Shown here piece by piece: positions 44,405 through 52,585 of a DNA stretch of 64,000 nucleotides. The notes beneath the pieces were generated by a model. That model made no database searches and had not been told where the DNA came from. It worked only from the letters and a program-made list of their open reading frames with translations. This DNA is from Candidatus Woesearchaeota archaeon (lineage in GTDB: Archaea; Nanobdellota; Nanobdellia; Pacearchaeales; GW2011-AR1). A program made the position numbers and the translations under genes. Numbering within the stretch: the first letter of the stretch is position 1; each line of letters begins with the position of its first letter. Where the stretch lies: contig CAZSPD010000001.1 in the NCBI GenBank assembly GCA_964608765.1, forward strand, positions 147,223 to 211,222, given 5' to 3'.

Positions 44405-44965
44405 TTAATTCCTAATATTTAATTGTTTATACATTAATTTTAATTGAGATTGTAATTCCAATATTGTTCCATTATTTGAAAGAGCATAATCTGCCATCTC
44501 CATGCATTTCTTAACTTGCTGTCCATTTTTACTATTTTCTTGAAAATCTCTTTTATCTGCTTTTAAAAACTCTTTGAATGTTTTAGGGTCACTCTCTTTT
44601 GCTCTATTTCTAGCATTTTTCCATCTTACTCTCAAATTAGCATCAATAGATAATAAAATAAAACCTTCTTTGAATTTATTTCTGAATTCTTCAACTTCAC
44701 CAGAATTTCTTATTCCATCTATAATATAATTTTTTTTATTATTTATTTTTTTTATTACTCTTTTTGCAAGTGCACTTGATCCCTCTTCTTTTCTTATAGT
44801 ATTTCCTAAATCTTGAAGTGTTTTTCTTTCGTGATTTATTTTTCTTTTATTTGCTTCTTCTCTTACTTCCTGTGAAAGAGATAAATATTCAAATCCTTTC
44901 CCTACAAAAAAATCAGATGCAACACTCTTTCCACCTGCAATTCTTCCTGTAATTCCAATAATCAT
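44405..44965 (-). CDS. P-loop nucleotide kinase, CoaE/dNMP-kinase-like
   Basis: 186 aa. IIGITGRIAGGKSV Walker A and DGIRNSGEVEEF. Confidence 0.65.
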   Translation of the reverse strand: MIIGITGRIAGGKSVASDFFVGKGFEYLSLSQEVREEANKRKINHERKTLQDLGNTIRKEEGSSALAKRVIKKINNKKNYIIDGIRNSGEVEEFRNKFKEGFILLSIDANLRVRWKNARNRAKESDPKTFKEFLKADKRDFQENSKNGQQVKKCMEMADYALSNNGTILELQSQLKLMYKQLNIRN

Positions 44966-45023
44966 AAGATAAGTTTATGAAATAAGTTTTTATATTTTAG
45001 TATATTGAAAAACACGATAAAAT

Positions 45024-45113
45024 GCCCCTGTAGTTCAATCGGATAGAACCTCTCGTTGCGGTAAAGATGTTTGCAAATTCGGGAAAATCGGAGTTCGAGT
45101 CTTCGCAGGGGCA
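45024..45113 (+). tRNA. tRNA-Arg(GCG) with an intron of about 17 nt after position 37
   Basis: Hand-folded. Acceptor GCCCCTG/CAGGGGC, D arm GTTC/GAAC, anticodon stem TCTCG/CGGGA with loop TTGCGG. Intron about 45062-45078. T arm CGGAG-TTCGAGT-CTTCG, discriminator A, no encoded CCA. Confidence 0.75.
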
Positions 45114-45197
45114 TTTGGTAAATAAGTTGTAGTGTTTTAATTTTAATATAATTTTAAAAGCAGAAAAGTATTTAAATTCATTATCTTTGAAAAGATA

Positions 45198-45851
45198 ATG
45201 AAAATAATAAATGAAATTACAATGAGTATAGTAAAAAACGCTGAAGATGGGGAAAGCATTCATAGCTTAGCAAGTAAAATAGGATTTGCTTATTCTGCAG
45301 TTTACAAATGGGTATCTGAATTAGAAGAATACAGTGTAATTAGTTTAATTAAAAAAGGGAATAGGAACACTATAAAGATTAACGAAAATTTAATCTATAA
45401 AAAATTTAAGGAGTTAGATGATGCTATTTCTGTTATTGACAAGGATAATCATTTTTGGAAGTTGATTAAAAGATTAAAATTAAGAATGAGATTTGTTAAA
45501 GGAACAGCTGCAGCTATTTGGACTAAAGGGAGTTTTATTACAGGAGATTTTTATGAGAGAATTTATTTTTTGGAAGTTGAAAGAAAGGATGCAAACAAAT
45601 TAAGGGAAGAATTAGAGAAAGAAAAAATTGCATACACTGAAGGACAAGTGGTTAATAAGAGGCCTTTAGTTTGGATTATAGAAAAAGAAAATTTAGAGAT
45701 AGAAAAGAAAGATGGATTGCCTGTTATGTCTTTAGATGAATTAGTGAAATGGGGAAAAGAATTGCATTTAGAAAATATATTGGAGCAATTAGATAGAATG
45801 TATAATTTAGGTTTAAATATAGTATATTCAGAGGTCTTAACAAATGTCTAA
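45198..45851 (+). CDS. wHTH protein, AbiEi-antitoxin-like
   Basis: 217 aa. SIHSLASKIGFAYSAVYKWVSELEE HTH. 8-nt overlap with the NTase gene. Inverted repeat TTATCTTT-GA-AAAGATAA at 45181-45198 abuts the ATG. Confidence 0.55.
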   Translation: MKIINEITMSIVKNAEDGESIHSLASKIGFAYSAVYKWVSELEEYSVISLIKKGNRNTIKINENLIYKKFKELDDAISVIDKDNHFWKLIKRLKLRMRFVKGTAAAIWTKGSFITGDFYERIYFLEVERKDANKLREELEKEKIAYTEGQVVNKRPLVWIIEKENLEIEKKDGLPVMSLDELVKWGKELHLENILEQLDRMYNLGLNIVYSEVLTNV

Positions 45852-46542
45852 AATTGATTCGCGAGGTGGTTTGCTTGAAAGAGAACAAGAGGTTATAAAG
45901 ATTCTAAATTTATTTTTAGATAAAAAATTAGAATTTGTAGTTGTTGGAGGATATGCAATTTCAACTTACAAAAAGAGATTTTCAATTGATTTAGATGTTG
46001 TAGTTAAAGAAGAGGATGTTGACAAATTTTGGAAGATTTTAGAAAAAGAAGATTATATTTTATATTATGAGAAAGAGATAGCATTGCTTTATGGTGAGAA
46101 TTTTAAAAGATTTAGAAAAAAAATGAAAGATCTTCCAGTTGACATAGATTTATTGATTAATGGGTTAGTTTGTAGAACAACTAATGCAACTTGGAGTTTA
46201 AATTATATTAAAAAGCATTTAGTAAAAAGAAAAATAGATAGTTCTGAATTTTTAACTCCAGAAAGATAATTGCTTATTGCAATGAAACTACATAGCGGAA
46301 GATTGTCTGATATTAGAGATGTTGTTGCTTTGATGCCCTGTGATTTTGAAAAATTAGAAAAACATTTACAAAAAGGAGATAGTAGAAAATTAAAAGAATC
46401 AATCAAAAAACAATCTAGCTTCCTTAACCACCCTCAATTTGATGACAGCTTTAAAGGAATCTTTGGACCTTATTCTTTTAGTGAAGAAAATGTACAAGAA
46501 ACTAAAAATATAATTAAAGAAATCTTAAAGAGGATACAATGA
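45844..46542 (+). pseudogene. AbiEii/DUF1814-like nucleotidyltransferase interrupted by an in-frame TAA
   Basis: ORFs 45844-46269 and 46270-46542 are in the same frame, separated only by a TAA at 46267-46269. The N-part has VVGGYAISTYKKRFSIDLDVVV. Homology continues across the stop (TPER*LLIAMKLHSGRLSDIRDV). Confidence 0.65.
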
Positions 46543-46620
46543 ATTTAAATTCACCTTATTTTTTCCATAAAATTTATATAGTGCATATGCATATTATGAA
46601 TATTAATTCATTAGATTAAA

Positions 46621-47832
46621 ATGAAAAAGGGGAAAAACTCAACAAGAATTATTTTAGGTATATTAGTAGTTGTCTTTATAGTTTTAATAGTATTATTCTT
46701 TAAAAATTCTCAAGAAAACAAATCTAATAATGTTGAGCAGCTAGAACAAATAGGAAAACTTGAAAAAATTAATGGAGTTATTCTTTTATCTGAAAATACT
46801 GGAGATATTTCAGGGTACTATCAGTGGGAAAAAGAATTAGATGAACAAGGATTAAGAGCAATAATTAAACCTGAGAGAGTTGTAATGGAAAAATACCCTG
46901 ACTATTTTAAACAATTAAGTGATAAAGGGTATGAAGTTGCAACAGGATATGGTAAAGAACCTTTCTGGAATATGAGTTATGAAGACCAGTATAATATAAT
47001 GAAAGAATACAAAGAATATCATGAAAGTGTAACTCAAAAACCTCTTAAAATATTTAGTTCAAAATATTTTGCATACGATGAAAACACTCTTAAAGCAGCA
47101 GATGCTTTAGGAATACCTTATATTCTTGCAAGAGGAACAGGAATTGAAGCAGCAATTTACTCTCCAATTGAATACAATGCAAAACTTATTTTTGTTTCAA
47201 ATTTAGTATTTGAAGAAATGGGCTCAGGTTCACTTTGTGATTCTAGTCTTTATGAGAGAGGTGCAACAGCAGATGAATTCACAGAAACACTTGAAGAGAC
47301 ATTTAATCAAGATTTAAAAGACATTGTACTTGTCTCACATGTTTACATAGGAGGAACACGAGTTGAGTGGTGGAATGCATACAAAGGTGCAATTGACTCC
47401 CAAAGAGTTTCCTGGAAAGGCTTCGATGATTGGGCAAATTCAGTAAAAAAAGTTCAAACAAATTATAACCAAATACCTTACAACACTGAGGTAAAATACC
47501 TTGTTCCAAAGCCCTCAATACCTTTAGATCAATTAGAATTATTACCTGCATTAAAAGCAAAAAACAAAATAGTTGTTTTCCATAATGGGCAAGGTGAAAT
47601 GTGTTTAGAGTTTTTAGAATTTATAAAAACAACAGATTATCCTTTAGAAGAACACTTAACTACTGAAACTGGATTTTATCAAACACTAGAGAGCTATAAA
47701 AAGAGTTTTGACTCAAGTGAAGGATATTCAACTTCATTTGGATACTATCCAATTATCTTTATAGGAGATAGGGCATATTCAGGATTTGATAGTGCAACAA
47801 AGCAACTTATTCTTAATCAAATACGAAACTAA
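46621..47832 (+). CDS. Membrane-anchored protein, possibly polysaccharide-deacetylase-like with a glutaredoxin-like C-terminus
   Basis: 403 aa. N-terminal TM. C-terminal IVVFHNGQGEMCLEF...PIIFIGDRAYSGFD resembles a Grx fold lacking CxxC. The domain calls are weak. Confidence 0.4.
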   Translation: MKKGKNSTRIILGILVVVFIVLIVLFFKNSQENKSNNVEQLEQIGKLEKINGVILLSENTGDISGYYQWEKELDEQGLRAIIKPERVVMEKYPDYFKQLSDKGYEVATGYGKEPFWNMSYEDQYNIMKEYKEYHESVTQKPLKIFSSKYFAYDENTLKAADALGIPYILARGTGIEAAIYSPIEYNAKLIFVSNLVFEEMGSGSLCDSSLYERGATADEFTETLEETFNQDLKDIVLVSHVYIGGTRVEWWNAYKGAIDSQRVSWKGFDDWANSVKKVQTNYNQIPYNTEVKYLVPKPSIPLDQLELLPALKAKNKIVVFHNGQGEMCLEFLEFIKTTDYPLEEHLTTETGFYQTLESYKKSFDSSEGYSTSFGYYPIIFIGDRAYSGFDSATKQLILNQIRN

Positions 47833-47915
47833 TTTTCATTAACTTTTAAAAATATTTAATTTTTGATTTTTTAACTTAAAGCAAAATTTAAATAGGCATT
47901 CAGATAATTCTATCT

Positions 47916-48479
47916 ATGAGTGTGGTATATCCTTATATTGTTCTTCCATTATTAATTTTCTTTGCAAGAGTAGCAGATGTTAGTTTAGGAACAATAAGAA
48001 TTATTTTTATTTCTAAAGGATTCAAACTTTTATCTTTTGTAGTAGGATTTTTTGAAGTTTTAATCTGGATTTTAGCAATAAGCCAGATATTCTCAGATTT
48101 AACTAATCCTTGGTTAATTTTAGCATATGCTTTAGGATTTGCTACAGGTAACTATGTTGGAATATGTTTAGATGAAAAAATTTCAATAGGAAATTCAATG
48201 ATTAGAATTATTATTAGAAAAAATTCTAAGAAATTAATAGGTGAATTAAAGAAGAAAGGATATCAAATGACAGTAATAGATGGACAAAGTGGTGACCAAG
48301 AAACAGGTGTAAAAATGATTTTAATGGTTGTTAGAAGAAAGGAAATAAAAAAGATATTTGAGTTAATTAAAAAAATAAACCCTAAAGCATTCTTTACTGT
48401 AGAAGATATAAGGAGCACTAGAAAAACACAGCACGAATTATTAAAACAAAAGGGTGGCCCAGTAAAACTAGCTAAATAA
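47916..48479 (+). CDS. UPF0316/DUF2179 membrane protein
   Basis: 187 aa. ARVADVSLGTIRIIFISKG, three TM helices and a C-terminal DUF2179-like domain. Confidence 0.7.
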   Translation: MSVVYPYIVLPLLIFFARVADVSLGTIRIIFISKGFKLLSFVVGFFEVLIWILAISQIFSDLTNPWLILAYALGFATGNYVGICLDEKISIGNSMIRIIIRKNSKKLIGELKKKGYQMTVIDGQSGDQETGVKMILMVVRRKEIKKIFELIKKINPKAFFTVEDIRSTRKTQHELLKQKGGPVKLAK

Positions 48480-48525
48480 TTTGTATTTTGTTAAGGTTTA
48501 TAAAACTCTAATTCTTAAATTAAAT

Positions 48526-48735
48526 ATGAAAAAATCAACTAAAATAATAATTGCAGTTGCTGTTGTACTTGTAATTCTTTTAGTCTGGGGACTTATTGGA
48601 AGTTCTGAAGCTGCTAAAATAGGGACAGACTGTGATTTTGGAATTGGAAAAGACGGAAGTGCACTATGTTGGAAGTGGCATAGAAACACACTAGGGCAAG
48701 TAGGGGATAATATCAAAGATATTTTTGGAAAGTAA
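48526..48735 (+). CDS. Small secreted/membrane protein (69 aa)
   Basis: MKKSTKIIIAVAVVLVILLVWGLIG signal/anchor. Start taken at the ATG at 48526 rather than the TTG at 48481. Confidence 0.45.
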   Translation: MKKSTKIIIAVAVVLVILLVWGLIGSSEAAKIGTDCDFGIGKDGSALCWKWHRNTLGQVGDNIKDIFGK

Positions 48736-48769
48736 TTTATTTTATAAATCCATTTTCTATTCCTAAATA

Positions 48770-49537
48770 ATGTTAAATGAAATTATTTTAGCGTTAGTTC
48801 AGGCAATTACAGAGTTTCTTCCTATTTCTTCAAGCGGACATCTTGCAATTTTATCTAATATTCTTGAATCCCCTAATTTATTTTTTATGACATTTTTACA
48901 CCTAGCATCTTTATTTGCAGTGATTATTTTTACACGAAAAGAAATAATCCAAATATTAAAACTAGATAAAAAAAGCTGGAAATTAATTAAATATTTAATA
49001 ATTGGAATAATACCTGCAGGGTTAGTTGGATTATTTTTTAATAATATTATTGAAAGCACTTTAACTTCTTATTTTTTAATAGGAATATTTTTCATTTTTA
49101 CAGGAATAATTGTTTTCTCAACTAAGTTTATTACACTCTCAAAAAACCCTAAAGATTCTTCTAATTTTTCAAATAAAAATTCTTTTGTAATTGGATTAAT
49201 GCAAGCTCTTGCACTATTACCTGGAATATCTAGAAGTGGAATGACTATCTCAACAGCAATGTTCTTTAAAATAGAAAAAGAAAAAGCAGTAAAATTTTCC
49301 TTTTTAATGTTCATACCTTTAGCACTAGGAGCATTTATACTTGAATCAATAAAACACTCTAGTGAAATAATAACAATCCCCTCTTTAACTTTGATTTTAT
49401 CATTTGCAATATGTTTCTTTTTTAGTTTATTATTTCTTAATCTTCTAAATTACATTGTAAAGAAAGATAAATTTTGGATATTTGGAATATATTGCTTCTT
49501 TATAGGGGCACTTTCTATTTTATTACATTTCTTTTAA
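48770..49537 (+). CDS. uppP: Undecaprenyl-diphosphatase (BacA/UppP)
   Basis: 255 aa. ITEFLPISSSGHL and PGISRSG motifs. Polytopic. Confidence 0.85.
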   Translation: MLNEIILALVQAITEFLPISSSGHLAILSNILESPNLFFMTFLHLASLFAVIIFTRKEIIQILKLDKKSWKLIKYLIIGIIPAGLVGLFFNNIIESTLTSYFLIGIFFIFTGIIVFSTKFITLSKNPKDSSNFSNKNSFVIGLMQALALLPGISRSGMTISTAMFFKIEKEKAVKFSFLMFIPLALGAFILESIKHSSEIITIPSLTLILSFAICFFFSLLFLNLLNYIVKKDKFWIFGIYCFFIGALSILLHFF

Positions 49538-49606
49538 TGCTTAGGTAATTTGTTCCCTAATTTCCAATTTCATAACATTTATTAAATCAAAATATATTAT
49601 AAAATA

Positions 49607-50035
49607 ATGGTTGCTAAAAAATCAGAGAAATCTAAATCTTATTCTGAATATAAAGAATCAATTAAAAAAAAGACAGACAGAAAATTAATGGAAGATATTG
49701 CTCTTTCTTTAAAAAAACTTGAAATTAGGGTAAATGAATTATGTGACTCAAAAGAAGACTCTAAAAGAAATATTCTTAAAACACCAAAACACGTAAGAGA
49801 AAAACTTTCATATCCCACAAGATTAAATCTTGAAGAAACCTGGAATAAAAAACGACAAGAATTTGAAGAAATTGCAGAAGAAATATCCAGAGATAATGAT
49901 TTTTTTGTTTTGCAAAATAATACTTTAAGAGAAAAATGGATTAAGAAAAACTACCCTAAACAAAAAGATGTTAAAGCACTTATTAAACGAGCTTTAGAAT
50001 TATACAATTCAAGAATGAGAGTAATTTACCATTAA
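49607..50035 (+). CDS. Hypothetical basic protein (142 aa)
   Basis: ORF only, K/E-rich. Confidence 0.45.
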   Translation: MVAKKSEKSKSYSEYKESIKKKTDRKLMEDIALSLKKLEIRVNELCDSKEDSKRNILKTPKHVREKLSYPTRLNLEETWNKKRQEFEEIAEEISRDNDFFVLQNNTLREKWIKKNYPKQKDVKALIKRALELYNSRMRVIYH

Positions 50036-50093
50036 TTATTATTTAATTTATTTTCTTATTTTAATTTTATTATTTAATTTATTTTTTATCCAT

Positions 50094-51809
50094 TTATTTA
50101 AATAATTCACTTAAATCAACACCTCTAGAAGCTATTTTCTTATATTCTTCAATTTCTTTATCTTCAATTTTTTTAAATAATAGTTTAGGACTATTTATCT
50201 TGTGTTCTTTATCAAAATCTTCTTTAGATTTTTCCCACATTCCAGAAGAAGCAGGGCTTCCCTTAAGATTTAATTGCTCCCAAACTTTTTTAGAGGTTTC
50301 AGGAAGATAAGGTGCAAAAAACACAGCTAAATTTTTAAGTAAAAACGCACTCACATAAAATATATTGTTTGCTCTCTTAGGATTTTCTTTTATAATTTCC
50401 CAAGGCTTACTATCATTTATGTATTTATTTCCTTCAGCAGACAACTCTAATATCTTAAAATATGCTTTTCTTAACTCTGCTTTTTCAAGCAAATCCCCTA
50501 CTTCTTTTCTTTTTTCTTTAATTTTATTTAATAATTGCTTATCTATTTCTTCAAGTTCTTTTAGAGAGGGTTTTATTATTTTACCTTCAAGTTTAGTATC
50601 TATAAAATTAAGGACTCTATTCACATAATTAGCATAATTACCTATTAAATCTGAATTAACTCTCCCCTGAAAATCCTTCCACCTAAATTCAGAATCACTT
50701 GTTTCAGGTATTATCTGAGTTAAATAATGTCTCCAAATATCTGCTTCTAATTTTAATTCAGGTAATCTTTCACAAAACACTCCAATTCCTTTACTTTTAG
50801 AAAATTTTTGTCCTTCATAATTTAAATATTGTAGTCCAACAACATTCTTAGGAAGATTAAATTCTCCATGAGCAATAACCATTCCAGGCCAAAATATTGT
50901 ATGAAATGGAATATTATCTTTTCCTAAAAAATTGTAAACTTCAGACTTCTTATCTTTCCAGAATTTTTCCCATTCTTTTGTAGTTTCTTTTGTTGAAGAT
51001 ACATACCCTATTGGAGCATCAAACCACACATAAAATACTTTGTCTTCAAATTCTTTTAATGGAACCTTTACTCCATGCTTTAAATCTCGTGTTATGCATC
51101 TTGGCCTCAACCCCTCATTAATCCAACCCATAGCTAATCCCCTTACCTGTTCTCTAAAATATTTTTGAGATTGAACCCACTTCTTTAATTTAGGGGATAA
51201 ACTATTTAATTTAAGGAATAAATGTTCTGTTTCTTTTATCTCTAGTTTCCCACCTGAAATAGATGATTTAGGATTTTTTAATTGAGAAGGATCTAAAACT
51301 GAAGTACATTTTTCACATTGGTCTCCACTTGCATCAGGATATCCACATTTTGGACACTCTCCCACAACATATCTATCTGGAAGAAACATATTTTCTTCAG
51401 GAGAGTAAAAAACTTTCATCTCATTTTTTTCAATAAACCCTTTTTTATTTATAACCTTAAAAAATTCCTTAACTGTTTTGTGATGTATATCTCTGCTTGT
51501 CCTTGAAAAATTATCATAAGATATATCAAACCAGTCATAGATTTTTTTATGTTCTTCATATAATTTATCTGAAAATTTTTCTATAGACACATTTAATTTA
51601 AATGCTGCAATTTCAGAAGTTGAACCATTTTCATCTGTTCCTCCTATAAATAAGGTTTCATGCCCTTTAGCTCTACAATATCTTGCAAATATATCTGCTG
51701 GTAAATGAGAGCCAACTATGTGTCCTAAATGAGGGACATTGTTAATATATGGAAGCGCAGCTGTGATTAATCTTTTATTTTTTAATTTGAATTTATTATC
51801 TTTTTTCAT
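50094..51809 (-). CDS. metG: Methionyl-tRNA synthetase
   Basis: 571 aa. PYINNVPHLGH (HIGH-type), Zn knuckles CPKCG...CEKC, and KFSKSKG (KMSKS). Confidence 0.9.
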   Translation of the reverse strand: MKKDNKFKLKNKRLITAALPYINNVPHLGHIVGSHLPADIFARYCRAKGHETLFIGGTDENGSTSEIAAFKLNVSIEKFSDKLYEEHKKIYDWFDISYDNFSRTSRDIHHKTVKEFFKVINKKGFIEKNEMKVFYSPEENMFLPDRYVVGECPKCGYPDASGDQCEKCTSVLDPSQLKNPKSSISGGKLEIKETEHLFLKLNSLSPKLKKWVQSQKYFREQVRGLAMGWINEGLRPRCITRDLKHGVKVPLKEFEDKVFYVWFDAPIGYVSSTKETTKEWEKFWKDKKSEVYNFLGKDNIPFHTIFWPGMVIAHGEFNLPKNVVGLQYLNYEGQKFSKSKGIGVFCERLPELKLEADIWRHYLTQIIPETSDSEFRWKDFQGRVNSDLIGNYANYVNRVLNFIDTKLEGKIIKPSLKELEEIDKQLLNKIKEKRKEVGDLLEKAELRKAYFKILELSAEGNKYINDSKPWEIIKENPKRANNIFYVSAFLLKNLAVFFAPYLPETSKKVWEQLNLKGSPASSGMWEKSKEDFDKEHKINSPKLLFKKIEDKEIEEYKKIASRGVDLSELFK

Positions 51810-51898
51810 ATATTCTAAATCTATTACAAGTTTTTAAAGATATTCTCATCTCCCGAATAAACAGTTAATATTAAAAATAACTTTTTCTTTAATTTAAA

Positions 51899-52534
51899 AT
51901 GAATGAAGTAGGTGATATACAACATCTTGAACCTAAAATAATTGAAAAGAGAATATGGAATCATAACCATCTTTTTGCTGGGTTTTTTATAGCAATTGTT
52001 TTCATTGGAATAGCTTTATTTTTAATAATGTATTATAATCTTGACTTAACAAATTCACTTATAGTTATTTTATCAGTAGTTTTAATTTATTCAGGGATAT
52101 TATTTTTTCTTATAGAACCAAAAGTTTTGAGACAAGTGGAAAATACTGTTGTACATAAAATAGAAAAACCAGTTATTAAAGAAATTCCTGTTGAGAAAAA
52201 AATATTTGTAGACAGGCCTATTGAAGTTATAAAAGAAGTTCAAGTACCAGTAGAAAAAACAATATTTATTGATAGACCTGTTGAAAAAATAGTTGAAGTA
52301 CCTTCAGAACCTGCAATTATAACTTATCCAGAACCTCAAAAAAGCAAATTAAATATTCCAAAATACGACTTCGTTGCTTCAGAAGAAACAAGAACATATC
52401 ACACAAGAAACTGCAGATTTAGTAAATTAATAAAAAGAAAATATAAATTAGTTTCAAATGATGAAAAAGACTTTATTAAGGAAAAATTTAAGCCATGTAA
52501 AGTTTGCATAAAACCAAAAAAGAAGAAAAAATAA
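51899..52534 (+). CDS. Membrane protein with a repeat linker and a C-terminal Ada-type Zn-binding-like motif
   Basis: 211 aa. Two TM helices. Repeats VEKKIFVDRPIEVIKEV / VEKTIFIDRPVEKIVEV. YHTRNCRF...PCKVC. Confidence 0.5.
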   Translation: MNEVGDIQHLEPKIIEKRIWNHNHLFAGFFIAIVFIGIALFLIMYYNLDLTNSLIVILSVVLIYSGILFFLIEPKVLRQVENTVVHKIEKPVIKEIPVEKKIFVDRPIEVIKEVQVPVEKTIFIDRPVEKIVEVPSEPAIITYPEPQKSKLNIPKYDFVASEETRTYHTRNCRFSKLIKRKYKLVSNDEKDFIKEKFKPCKVCIKPKKKKK

Positions 52535-52585
52535 ACAACTCAATTTTAATTTTAATTTATTATCTAAACTAATAAAAGAGGAAAA

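Noticed and set aside
44997-45263. 88-aa minus-strand ORF
   Set aside because: It lies antisense across tRNA-Arg and the promoter region of the next gene. Its composition resembles intergenic translation.
46267-46269. In-frame TAA as evidence for stop-codon reassignment
   Set aside because: TAA terminates many well-supported genes in this window at the expected protein lengths (for example rrp41, L24e, the OFOR alpha subunit and the 4-TM ORF). A pseudogene or sequencing error is far more likely.
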